Positions 1 through 11,484 of a DNA stretch of 44,667 nucleotides are shown piece after piece. Where the stretch lies: positions 19,205 through 63,871 of the forward strand of contig JBJCIZ010000291.1 in NCBI GenBank assembly GCA_051294375.1, in the 5' to 3' direction. Each line of letters starts with the position of its first letter. Positions within the stretch are counted from its first letter, which is position 1. Position numbers and translations under genes: made by a program. This DNA comes from Paraspadella gotoi (Eukaryota > Animalia > Chaetognatha). The notes below the pieces were generated by a model. The model saw only the letters and a list, made by a program, of their open reading frames with translations, was not told where the DNA came from and searched no databases.

Positions 1-688
1 TGTTTAATTATGTTAGTCTAAATTGGATTAAACTTAGTCAAACAAATGGATACAGGTTGAAATGAATTTTTTTTAAATTCTATTAACGTACGGTTAAACA
101 AGTTAGAAATATTAAGAAAATTTAGAAAACAGGCTAGCTAGTAGTTTAAAAATCTAAACTCATTACTATCGTTTATGCAAATAAGAGATAGGCATACCAT
201 TGACAATTGGCAAATCCTACACACGCAGTAAATGAGTTCTACATCTCGTAAAATGCCAAATACTTAACAATTTGGAGAGACCGAGAGAGGGCGNNNNNNN
301 NNNTTTGTAGCCAAAAAAATCGATTCACTGAAAAAGTGAGACTTTGTAGCGATTTTATAAAATTGTATTTATGAAAAAAAATTGAAAGATTAACTTGTTT
401 AATTATGTTAGTCTAAATTGGATTAAACTTAGTCAAACAAATGGATACAGGTTGAAATGAATTTTTTTTAAATTCTATTAACGTACGGTTAAACAAGTTA
501 GAAATATTAAGAAAATTTAGAAAACAGGCTAGCTAGTAGTTTAAAAATCTAAACTCATTACTATCGTTTATGCAAATAAGAGATAGGCATACCATTGACA
601 ATTGGCAAATCCTACACACGCAGTAAATGAGTTCTACATCTCGTAAAATGCCAAATACTTAACAATTTGGAGAGACCGAGAGAGGGCG
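1..688 (+). repeat. Apparently identical 293-bp direct duplication (1-293 = 396-688) across a 10-N gap; likely overlapping contig ends
   Basis: TGTTTAATTATGTTAG...GAGAGAGGGCG occurs at 1-293 and again at 396-688 with no differences seen by eye; N gap at 294-303. Confidence 0.9.
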
Positions 689-1195
689 AGACGACACTGA
701 AGATAAAAAGGCGGGGCGCCAGCGTCAACATTAAAAGTTGAACGCATCTTCGTCGGAAATTGAATGTGGAATCAATGACGTCTATTCCAATACACTTTTT
801 TTTGTAATTGCTATGACGATGACGATGATGACGATGACGATGACTATGACGATGATGANNNNNNNNNNNNNNNNNNNNNNNNNNNNNNNNNNNNNNNNNN
901 NNNNNNNNNNNNNNNNNNNNNNNNNNNNNNNNNNNNNNNNNNNNNNNNNNNNNNNNNNNNNNNNNNNNNNNNNNNNNNNNNNNNNNNNNNNNNNNNNNNN
1001 NNNNNNNNNNNNNNNNNNNNNNNNNNNNNNNNNNNNNNNNNNNNNNNNNNNNNNNNNNNNNNNNNNNNNNNNNNNNNNNNNNNNNNNNNNNNNNNNNNNN
1101 NNNNNNNNNNNNNNNNNNNNNNNNNNNNNNNNNNNNNNNNNNNNNNNNNNNNNNNNNNNNNNNNNNNNNNNNNNNNNNNNNNNNNNNNNNNNNGA

Positions 1196-1232
<37 letters not shown>

Positions 1233-1273
1233 CTCGGGCCGCCGGGGGGAAATAAAAATATTTCTTCCTCCCT

Positions 1274-1308
<35 letters not shown>

Positions 1309-1566
1309 NNNNNNNNNNNNNNNNNNNNNNNNNNNNNNNNNNNNNNNNNNNNNNNNNNNNNNNNNNNNNNNNNNNNNNNNNNNNNNNNNNNNNNNNNNNN
1401 NNNNNNNNNNNNNNNNNNNNNNNNNNNNNNNNNNNNNNNNNNNNNNNNNNNNNNNNNNNNNNNNNNNNNNNNNNNNNNNNNNNNNNNNNNNNNNNNAAAA
1501 TATTTCTTCCTCACTAAAATAAAAACCTAATAAAAAAGTCAAGAAAGAAAAAGGCCGTTAAGCGTA

Positions 1567-1661
1567 CGGATGTAAAGGCACCCGGAGTAAAGGCACACGA
1601 ATGTAAAGGCGCACGCATGTAAAAGCACCCGGATGTAACTAAGTCCGGATGTAACCAAATC
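1567..1661 (+). repeat. 16-bp minisatellite, consensus CGGATGTAAAGGCACC, ~6 copies, with scattered GGATGTAA-like cores to ~1830
   Basis: Read directly: cggatgtaaaggcacc/cggagtaaaggcaca/cgaatgtaaaggcgca/cgcatgtaaaagcacc/cggatgtaactaagtc/cggatgtaaccaaatc. Confidence 0.85.
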
Positions 1662-1943
1662 CTCACGAATTTAGACAAACTGACATCTCGGAAATAAAGG
1701 CCCACAATTCGAGGATGTAAAGAAGTAACGCTCGGACGTAATTAGCGCTCAAATGTAAAGGCATCAGGATAGTAACACAATAGGATGTAGAAATTGTAGA
1801 TGGTCGAGGTGAGGAATCTGGCGATGTAAGCCTCGCGTCTTTTCTATTAAATATTTCGATCGTCGATCTTTTTGCGATTTCAGTTTTTTGAGTCGAGGAT
1901 CCAAATTTAGAAGAAGAAGCGTCAAGTGTTTGGCCTCTGGCGG

Positions 1944-2249
1944 AGAGTGGCATTTGGTGGTAAAGGGGAAGTGGAATTTCGCGAAATNNNNNNNNNNNNN
2001 NNNNNNNNNNNNNNNNNNNNNNNNNNNNNNNNNNNNNNNNNNNNNNNNNNNNNNNNNNNNNNNNNNNNNNNNNNNNNNNNNNNNNNNNNNNNNNNNNNNN
2101 NNNNNNNNNNNNNNNNNNNNNNNNNNNNNNNNNNNNNNNNNNNGGAAGTGGCATCTGGCGGAAAGGGGGAAGTGGCATTTGGCGGAAAGGGTAAATGGCA
2201 TTAGGTGAAAAGGGTGATTGGCATTTAGCGGAAAGGGGGAAGTGGCATG
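1944..2249 (+). repeat. 23-24-bp minisatellite, consensus AAGTGGCATTTGGCGGAAAGGGGG, spanning a gap
   Basis: About 2 copies before and 4-5 copies after the gap at 1988-2143. Confidence 0.85.
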
Positions 2250-2764
2250 TTAATGGGGTCCTCCATTCTTATGTTGTTTACTTTCTCGTTTAAGAACTAA
2301 CATTGTTTTCAACAAAAAAGTCAACAAACTTTGAGCAAACACAAATTCGCGACTCAAAGAGACGCCGAACGTCACAATAGACGCCGATATAACGAGGCGC
2401 GACACTAGCGCCGCCGCAGGGTTTGAAAAATAAACATCGTCTTGTCAAAGAAAGTGATGTCTGAGAAAATAAACAAACAAAGAAAAAAATAGCGTGGGGT
2501 CGGTTTCGTGATTTGTTTTTCATAATAATATTATGTAAGGACTTCAACCCGTTTGTTTAATTTGTTCAGTTTTGTTAATTACTTTTCTTTTTACGTACAA
2601 ACACCATCAGCGCCATCTCATCCTTTGGTTTCTTTTTTTTAATTTTTTTTTAAATTTCGTCCGTTTTTTCACGGTATATATATATTATATAACAAACATC
2701 CTAGGCTATGGTTGATAACTTATCTGCAAAGTTCCAACTAAAACAACCCAATATTATACAAAAT

Positions 2765-2955
2765 ATTCCGCATCTACTTTGTGATTACGTGACCATTGTT
2801 CAGCGTGGTCACGTGACTACACAAGTATGAAACATACGGTATTACCAAAGTTATGAGCATTATAGTGAAACCGACCGCCTGACTGACAGACAGACAGACA
2901 GACAGATGTCCCAATCGACCGACCAAAAGGCAGAGTACTCGCGGCGCAAAAAAAA
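2765..2955 (-). mobile_element. HINE/Helentron-like non-autonomous element, shorter or 3'-degenerate copy
   Basis: Minus strand begins TTTTTTGCGCCGCGAGTACTC...TTTTGGTCGGTC followed by a (CTGT)n tract, matching the 5' end of the copy at 36934. AAAGTAGATGCGG resembles the family's AAAGTGACTGCGG. Confidence 0.65.
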
Positions 2956-3767
2956 AATTCATTTTTCTTTGCGATTAAATTTTCAGAATTTTATCGACAG
3001 AAAAGAGATTTTCGTTTCTCACCTTAAAAAATTTCTTTGGGAAAGAAAAAGAAAAAAAAAGAAAAAANNNNNNNNNNNNNNNNNNNNNNNNNNNNNNNNN
3101 NNNNNNNNNNNNNNNNNNNNNNNNNNNNNNNNNNNNNNNNNNNNNNNNNNNNNNNNNNNNNNNNNNNNNNNNNNNNNNNNNNNNNNNNNNNNNNNNNNNN
3201 NNNNNNNNNNNNNNNNNNNNNNNNNNNNNNNNNNNNNNNNNNNNNNNNNNNNNNNNNNNNNNNNNNNNNNNNNNNNNNNNNNNNNNNNNNNNNNNNNNNN
3301 NNNNNNNNNNNNNNNNNNNNNNNNNNNNNNNNNNNNNNNNNNNNNNNNNNNNNNNNNNNNNNNNNNNNNNNNNNNNNNNNNNNNNNNGTATCCCTCTCCC
3401 TCTTTTCTCTTATCATCTCCTCCTTTAGTCTCAAAAATAAAAAAAAATGATTTTATGAAATTTAAATTGAGGTTAGACGTTTCCTTTCCTTTCCATTCGT
3501 CTTCGGGGCCGAGACTCTGATATATATTGGGTTTTCGCGGAATCTGCGTCTCTGTCTCTGTCTTCGTCTCCGTCTCCGTCTCCCTTTTCTTTTTCCTTTT
3601 ACTCTTTTCTACTATTCCTTTCTTTTTTTTCTTTTTTTCCTTTTTTTTTTTTATTTATCGCTTCGCTCCTCGTGATTTTATTTTTACTATCGATTTTCAA
3701 ATGTACTACGAAACGATAGTTTTCACGTAGTCTCTAGAAACAATAAAGAAAGAAATAAATAATGGAT

Positions 3768-3835
3768 AAAAAAGAAAGAAAGAAAGAAAGAAAGAAGGAA
3801 AGAAAGAGAGAAAGAAAGAGAGAAAGAAAGAAAGA
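3768..3835 (+). repeat. (AAAG)n microsatellite
   Basis: Read directly. Confidence 0.95.
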
Positions 3836-4699
3836 ACTTTCAAAAATCTTTTCCCATTCTCCTGACCTTCTGCCCTGCGCTTCAAACTCCACCCTTACCC
3901 CACACCCACACCCCCACCCTGCCCAAACCCTTTCGTTCCGTGTAAACTCCGCGCCCGTAACTGAATCCCTCGCGACACGTCTACTCCTTCCTAACGCATA
4001 CATCTCTTATATCACAGTTAATATTTCGTTCTTTGATTTTCGCTTGAAACATCTTTGTCCATTCGATGCTGTCATGAACGATATTTCCCCGAGATATTAA
4101 TATTCACGATTTATTGCAAGGTCGGAGAAATGGTACAGATGTTGATGTTCGCTAGCTTTTCAGGCGCGAAAGAATTGTATTTTGAGAATGAGATGATTTG
4201 CGAGTGATGGAATTGATCTTCAGAGATTGGAAATCGAAAAACGGAAATAAAGATAAAAAAGTGAACAATAAAGATGAAAGGATAAAGAGTTTTAAGAAAA
4301 AGGGTCCTGTCTTTGTGACGCGGCGTAGACTGGACGAGGAGGGGAGAAGAGCGAGAGTGATCATGTAGTATCCTACTGAGTCCTGACTCTGGTGTTGTAT
4401 TTCGTAGCGGCTCGTGAGTGCGTGTATACGCATCTCCGTGAGGTGTTTATATGCAGATTAGTCTCTCGCTCATGCGTTGACTTGGCCTAGGATCTGCTGC
4501 TGTGTGTCTCTCGCTCTCTGTGATTTGCTCGTCTTCTTGGTAAACTCTTCTATACTACTCTCTCTGCTCTCTAGCTTCTACGAGCGTCAGTGGGAGCGCC
4601 GATCTGATGTTTTGAGGTCGCTTTAGTTTATGTATCTGGAGGCACTGGCGCGTATAAGCTCAGTGGTCTGCGATCGCGTGTATATAGGGTCAGTGTATT

Positions 4700-5100
4700 C
4701 GTCGTGTGAGTGTGATATGTCTCATTATAATTCTCCATCTAGAACTTTCGGCCGCCTTCTATCAGACCTCGTGACATTTTCGCGGTCCATCTCTTTTCTC
4801 CAATCTCCTCGCCTGACTACTCAATCTCCTGACTGCGAATATAGATTCTAGATGGTACGAATCTATCTCACTCTCCGTGTCTGGCATAGCTAGAGGACGT
4901 AGAACAAGAGAGCGAGTATGATCGCTCTCTTGACTGGTAGACACTTGAGCCAACAGGAGAGAGGACCCTGTCTCCCTCTGATTCTTCTCTTTCACGACTC
5001 CTCTCTTGACCCAGAATGACTTTCTTCGACTCTTATTTCATTTGATCCTCACTCATGACCTTTGCTCTGATGGCTATTGTTGAAAGACAATCGAATAATC
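4700..5100 (-). mobile_element. Degenerate or error-laden non-LTR retrotransposon reverse transcriptase fragment (RTE/CR1-like), possibly extending ~4300-5400
   Basis: With frameshifts, the minus strand reads VRI...SFWVKRGV(..)Q-GD(R)VLSP...VY, then an IFA stretch, then LIEGGRKF*ME-N. This is the order of the LINE RT motifs GVRQGxxLSPxLF, FADD and GLxINxxKT. The DD dyad is not recoverable. Confidence 0.45.
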
Positions 5101-6998
5101 ATTGAGAATGGGCGGATGCATCAGGAGAGGGAAATTTGGAGACCTAACTGAAGCTACGTAAATACAAAACATATCTAATACGATAATGTAATACTCATCT
5201 CCTTCCAGCGGACTTCATCATCTACATGCTCCGTCTCTCTGCGGTGGGCGCCAGCGTTTACGTCGGTTCACGAGCCTCTGTTCGTGAGTGAAGGGATGTG
5301 AGAGGAATGATAGTCATGGATAATTTGTCTTTCTCGTGTTCTTTTGTCGCTCTGGATATATGATGTGGTGAGGGGACGTTCGGGCGGCGTTAAGCAGCGG
5401 CGGGAGGTGTGGTATGGCTGAGTTTTGTCACGGACTTATTATCTAGGCATATGTTATGAGCGAGAAGTAAAAGATAGAGTTGAAGAAAGGGAGGGGGAGA
5501 AGAGAGGGTGGAGGAGGTGAGGGAGCGCGTGGTGGAGAGTGAGTGGCTTTGTGTTAAGGAAAATGAACTAGTAAAAACCGGAAGGCTAAGGAAGGAAAAA
5601 ACACGTAAGGATTAAGTATTCAAGAACACAGAAAAGAAGATATATAATACTTTAGGATCGAGCGGGAAAAAAAGAAAAGGAAAGGCGGGAGGGTTGTGGG
5701 ATAATATCTTCCCGACTTATGAGGAAATCCGTTCCGGCGGGGTTTGGGCCATTGACGACGCTCTGCGTAGTGTCAGGTGGAAGTTTGGCCACGTGTGGTG
5801 GGAGAAGAGGAGGTTGGGGAGGGGGGAAGAAATTGGAAAATAAGAATAACAAAAAACGACGGGTCGCGGAGGATTATTAATACATTGCAAAATCTCTCTA
5901 GACTCTGCAATTTACTGCATCCTTATCAAAGCCGCGACAAGTAAGAAAAGAAATGGTATGCAGAGATAGATGGATGGAGAGAGATGATGATCGGCGAGAT
6001 CGTGAAGCTCCAAGCGTTGTGTTTTTATTCCCTTCTCTCTTCTCTTCTTACTTCTGTCTTTCCGCATCTTGTCTTCTCGTAATCTTTTCCTCTCGGTTCG
6101 TCGGCTTGGTTTCTTTCCTCGTTGCTTCGTGTTTGTGGAGGGTTTGTTGATCGTTCTTATTGTTGTAGGCCTATGGGTCTTCGTGGCGCTGGCCCGGTCT
6201 CGTCTTTGCCCCTCGCGTCCTGTGACGCACCTCAGTCTCCCACTACTTCCCCTTAGCATATGAACATCCCTCCACCCCTGACCGGACGCCGAAACGCAAA
6301 ACAGGAATGGGAGCGGAGTGCATTTCGGTGAGCGGGAGCGGGAGGTTGTATATTGGCCAGAAGAAAATTTATGAGTGGCAGAAGATATCTGAGAAATCTA
6401 TGTAGGAAAAACATGAGGTTAGCATTTCTCGAGTGTGATGTGTGGCTGGATGATTGAGTGGTTGAGTGTAGATCTGAATGCTGAGGTAGACGTGATGGGG
6501 AGGTAATCGAGGAATGATTGTCAAGGAAGGAGGTGACAATAAAGTGAGAAAGGAAAGGCAGTGACGGAGAATCATTGCGGTTGGTAGGATAGCGTGTAAT
6601 TCGTGAACAAAGAAGAGGAAGTACATGCAAATAAAATGATAATAAACGACGAAATAAGAACTTTCCCAAAAACATAAACCGCGTTTCCATGCAACATATT
6701 GAAAAGTTGTAGATGTAGCAGAAATTATATTATTCAGATAAAAAGGATTGGCCAATGAGAATTAATCTCAATTATTAATTACCAACAGCATAAAGACTAT
6801 GCCACTTCAGAATAATGAGGGCCTAGTAAGCATCTTTATATCAACGATGATACATCCTGTAAACCTTCTTCTAATGATAATAATTATTAATCAATTGATT
6901 AAATAAGCTATGTTACCCCACTGAAAAGGCCGAGGTAGGGCTCGTACGCATATTCAAAGCTTCACGGGTGAGTAAAAGGTGAGGAAAGGAATCGAGGT

Positions 6999-7032
6999 GA
7001 GTGAAGTCGATTGTTGTGAATCGACTTCACTC
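6999..7032. other. Perfect 14-bp inverted repeat (hairpin/cruciform) with 6-nt loop
   Basis: GAGTGAAGTCGATT-GTTGTG-AATCGACTTCACTC. Confidence 0.9.
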
Positions 7033-7199
7033 GACGATGTTTTGATCTCACGAAAATTGGCTCATTTGCCTCATGGAGCGAATCTCGAAACCCGACGCCC
7101 TCTTCCAAGGAAGATCCTCTTTTCCGTCTTACGACTGCGGAATTCCTTGGTTTCCTGAATCCTGATAAGTCGGGGAGGAGCAACTTGGCTTGCCATCTG

Positions 7200-7682
7200 T
7201 TCCTTGTCTTCGTCAATGAAGAGCTTTTCATTGTTTGGCATCTTTTGTTGTCTTGTCAATGCGAGAGTCATTGTTGGCATTGCTTTCTTGTCAATGAAGT
7301 TCATTGTTGGCATTGTCTGTCTTTGTCAATGAGAGTCTCTTTGTTCTGCATTGCTTGTGGCTTCGTCAATGACAGTCATTGTTTGGCACAGTTCGTCCTA
7401 CTGTCTTGCTCAATGACAGTCATTGTTGGCATTGCTGTCTTGTCATGAAGTCATTGTTGGCATTGCTGTCTTGTCAATACAGTCATTGTTGGCATTGTTG
7501 TCTTGTCAATGACAGTCATTGTTGGCATTGCTGCTTTGTCAATGGCAGTCATTGTTGGCATTGCTTGTCTTGTCAATGACGTCATTGTTGGCATGTTTGT
7601 CTTGTCAATGACAGTCATTGTTGGCAGTGCTTCATGTCTTGTCATGGACAGTTTTGTTGGCAGTGTTGTCTTGTCAATGACA
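7200..7682. repeat. 33-bp minisatellite, ~14 copies, consensus ATTGTTGGCATTGCTGTCTTGTCAATGACAGTC
   Basis: Head-to-tail copies with no spacers, degenerating leftwards. The unit contains the overlapping palindromes TGTCA-A-TGACA and AATGAC-A-GTCATT. Confidence 0.92.
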
Positions 7683-9219
7683 GTAAGTGACAGTTGAAAA
7701 TAATGGGAAGTTTAAAATGTTGTTAAAGAATTAACGTACTAGTAAAGAGATACTTATTCATTTTTTTTTCTTTTATTTCTTTTTTACGTCTGTTATGGAT
7801 TCGTAAAGCTTTTTGTGTGTCTTTTTTTTAGTATTAATTTTTTCTTTCTAACTAATGTAAACGATGCTCTTGAAAAGATTAATTAAAGTGTTAACTCATA
7901 AATGGATATTTTGCTGTTGGGAGAAAACAAATTAAAACTTTAAAAATTTTCGAGAAATATCCAGTGAAAAAAACTATCTAAAATATTTCCTACTACCATA
8001 GTCAATGCATATTTTGCTCATTTCTATTTTGAAACGAGCTTCATGGTCATTTATTTATCGCATTATTCATTTATTATTTATTTATTATTTATTCTATCAC
8101 ATTATTCTCCTTCTATCTCCCTTTGCTCTATTTTTTGTGCGATTGTTCTTTTTTTTCCCCAATGAGCAGCGAGCGACTCTAACGGCGAAAAGTCAAAAGG
8201 TCAAAAATAGAAAAAGATTCGCATCTCGTTTTTTCATCTAATTTCGGGCGACCAAAAAAGAACCAACAAGAGACACGGAACACACGGACCGAACACACAC
8301 GCGCGACGCACACTTCAAGGCGACACACACAACACCCGACGGAATACAACGAGGAGAACGCACAGACCCGCCGAAGAAGAGGTGAGCGGATGGCGGATCG
8401 ACGTTTGACAGAGCCACGGGAGGAGAGATGATGCCAACGAGACGAAGAGGCGAGAGATGGAGAGAGACGCAGATTGGACGAGATCGAGAGAGAGCGAGAG
8501 CAGAGGGGAGAGACGAGAGAGCAGGAGAGAAGAGAGATCGCACAAAAGATGAGAGTGAGAAAGAATAACAAAACAAAATAAAAATCACATAGGGGTGAAA
8601 AAAAACCACACATAAAAACAAAAGAAAAATAAAGGAAAAAAAACTAAAAAACAAAACACCATACCACACACCCCACCACACACAAAAAATAAAAAACACA
8701 TACACACACTAAACACACACTCACATAAGACAATAACCACAGCAACACACCCAACCTTAAAAACAAACACACACACACACACGACACAAAAAGATTTGAG
8801 CTCTCACAGAAGAAAGAAATGAGAGAGAGAGAGACAGCACACACGACTCAATCACACACACACAGCATTTTTTAGAGAGAGAGAATTTTTAAAACAGCCA
8901 TCACTAGACTAGACATGCACACTTGCACAACTCTCCTTTCCAACTTCCACTACATTTTCCATAGCATATAAACATCACAATCAGAACATAAAACATTAAA
9001 CCATTGGGAAATCTCTGGTCTTCCAGCAGACAATAGTCCTTGAAGTCCTGAGTCCGCAATCCGACAAGGCTTCCGCGCAGCAAGCACTAATCTCTTATGA
9101 GCCAAGCAAATGCTTGGCTCCCGACGAGAGATTTCTATTCCGACGATGAAGACTTTAGAATCCCTTCTCTTCGATTATGTGATATCCTGCCGAGAATCCG
9201 ACATCTCTTTTTAAATCTG

Positions 9220-9222
<3 letters not shown>

Positions 9223-9280
<58 letters not shown>

Positions 9281-9393
9281 AGAGAGAGAAGAGAATTTTG
9301 TTTCATCTTCTTTTAAGCCAGCCGTGATTTCTTGTCAAGTTTGTCACAATCGTGTACAATATCCTCTTATCTCAATTCTCTGTTCTTTTTATC

Positions 9394-9477
<84 letters not shown>
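9223..9477. repeat. (AG)n tract 9223-9292 and complementary (CT)n tract 9393-9477
   Basis: Read directly; representative of dozens of AG/CT tracts in the window. Confidence 0.95.
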
Positions 9478-9484
<7 letters not shown>

Positions 9485-9889
9485 TCCCCTCCTCGTCAGA
9501 ATAAAAAAAAGGGAAGGTCCTCTCTCCATCTCTTTATCAACTCATGCGCTATTCTCAATAACTTCTTCTAATCCGGATAAACAGCATCAACTCCTGGCGT
9601 TTTCTAAGCTCCACCGACTTAAAAAAATGCTCCTGTCTCTTTCGCTCTCCTTTCGCTCCTCTTCCTCCTCCCCGCTCCACGCCCCCCATTACCACTTTCT
9701 TTTATCTCCACTTCTATTCCTTCCTAACCGCTCCACTTCCCACTTTTAGCTCCACTTCCCCTCTCTCTCTGATCCAGATGCACAACCGGAAGCAGACGTC
9801 GATTCTTATCTTCATCCGCGAATATTTTTTTCTCTTTCTTTTTCTCTTTTATATGATACATTTTTTTGTTGTGCTTCGAATCTCTTGTC

Positions 9890-10146
9890 TTTTTTTTTTA
9901 AATCAAGCGGGGACTCAATAAGACACTTTTCGGTCGGTCTGTCGATCTGCTTGGCTATCTATTTAAATCTGTAAAGGGATAATACTAAATATATTACTAT
10001 AAAGGATTTAATCAAAACTTTTTATAAAAACCCCACCAGATGTCCTTTTTTTTTATAAAAATTAAGTTCTTTCCCTCAACAAAAGAACATCAAACTTAAT
10101 TTTTTATAAACTGCAACTGACTGAGCGCCGCCTAGCGTTTCTTGTT
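9890..10146 (+). mobile_element. HINE/Helentron-like element, divergent subfamily (duplicated at ~14348-14619)
   Basis: ACTCAATAAGACACTTTTCGGTCGGTCTGTC matches the family 5' block; the element ends TGACTGAGCGCCGCCTAGCGTTTCTTGTT with the shared CTTGTT terminus. Confidence 0.55.
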
Positions 10147-10839
10147 ATTGAAAACGAAAGTCGCTGACGCAAGTTTGTTTCGCTTCGGGCCACGTCGCAC
10201 GCGAAGAGAGTACGAGAAAGCACGTCATTGTATCTCTGTCTCTCTCTCTCTCTTCTTATCTCTCTCTCCTCTCTCTCTCCTCTTTCTCTTCCTCTCTCTC
10301 TCTCTCTCTCTCTCCTATTACCTATCGTGTCCGTGCGCTCGCCTCATTTTTTTTTTTCATTTTTCTTTTTTTTTCTGCTTCATTCTTTGTCGAGTATCGA
10401 GTTTCAAAGAAAAAAAATCGACCTTTGCCTCCATTTTATTTTGTAGGTTTTTTTATATTTTCAATTGATTTACGATACAAGATGTTTAATTTAGTTAACA
10501 TGTTTTAACAGAATCCAATACGACGGTGGAAATGAGAGAAAGATTTTTTTAATGCTTTCGTCTTGAATTTTTTATAACGAAATTAAATTAAAACAGCTAA
10601 TTCAAAAATTATTCATTTCATTCAATAAATACATATTTTTTTCTTTCATTTTCTTTATTATTTTCTCTCTTTTTTCCTTATTTTTCGCTTTTATTCTCCA
10701 TCGCAATTGTCTCTTCTCCCCCATTTTTTTTCCAAGTGCCAATCATCCACTTGACACAAAAATCTCTCTCTTTTCTCCTCCCCCTATACTCTTCCTCTCC
10801 TCCTCTTCCTCCTCCTCCTTCAACCCTCCAGCCTCTTAC

Positions 10840-10926
10840 CCCATTAGCAGATCTCAGCTCGTTAGCATTCCGACAGGAAAGAGAATCGCTAATGCGTTCG
10901 AGTCGCGGAAACTTCAGCACAAAGAA
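10840..10926 (-). CDS. Candidate internal exon, 87 nt, unknown protein (...ERISDSLSCRNANELRSANG); duplicate 15301-15388
   Basis: Minus strand has a C-rich tract and TAG/CAG acceptor, 29 stop-free codons, and a GGG|GTAAG donor. No homology recognised. Confidence 0.3.
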
Positions 10927-11484
10927 CTACTCGATTTTTGAAGGAGGGTTGGGCGGGTGAAAAGGGTTAAGGTGGGGGGGAGGCGGTGAGAATGTGAATT
11001 GTGAAACACTTGAAGACAAAGGAAAATGCATTTGACCTCACATCCATTGATAAAATAATAAAAAGTATTAAAATTGCAAGATTACTTTGTTTTAACTGTT
11101 TTGGACTAAATTAGACAAAAATTTAAAATGATTAGGAATAAGTATTTGATTTAACTATTATTTATTTCATATTTAATAATGTAATGGGGAGTGGGACGTT
11201 AGTGTTGTCTGCTGGAAATATTGGGAGCGTAAAATTTAATTATAAAATAATAAATAATACATTTTTAAAATGATTTTTAAAATTGTTCTTCAAGGTTAAG
11301 CGATTAAAATATGAAGTGAGGGGGAGAGAAGTTTGTGAACTCTTGGAGTTTGTGAACTCTGGACTGGATGGGCGAAGGTTGTGATGTTTAGGGGGAAGGA
11401 GTTGAAAGGGTGAGTGGGGATGAGTCACTGCGAGGCCGAGATGAATCGAAAGACGAAGCGAAGATAAGAGTGAGACTGTGAGAC

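Larger units (their letters stand above)
859..3387. other. Four sized assembly gaps (859-1193, 1309-1496, 1988-2143, 3068-3387) bordered by simple repeats
   Basis: N runs flanked by (GAT/GAC)n, (AG)n, a 24-bp minisatellite and poly-A tracts. AAAATATTTCTTCCTCNCTAAA recurs at ~1255 and ~1497, suggesting a collapsed composite repeat. Confidence 0.95.

Noticed and set aside
738-3520. Long ORFs such as 738-1517, 844-1542 and 2906-3520 (also 38138-39403)
   Set aside because: Open only because they run through N gaps and simple repeats.
7200-7682. CRISPR array (33-bp palindromic repeat)
   Set aside because: Units are head-to-tail with no unique spacers, there are no cas genes, and the context is eukaryotic.
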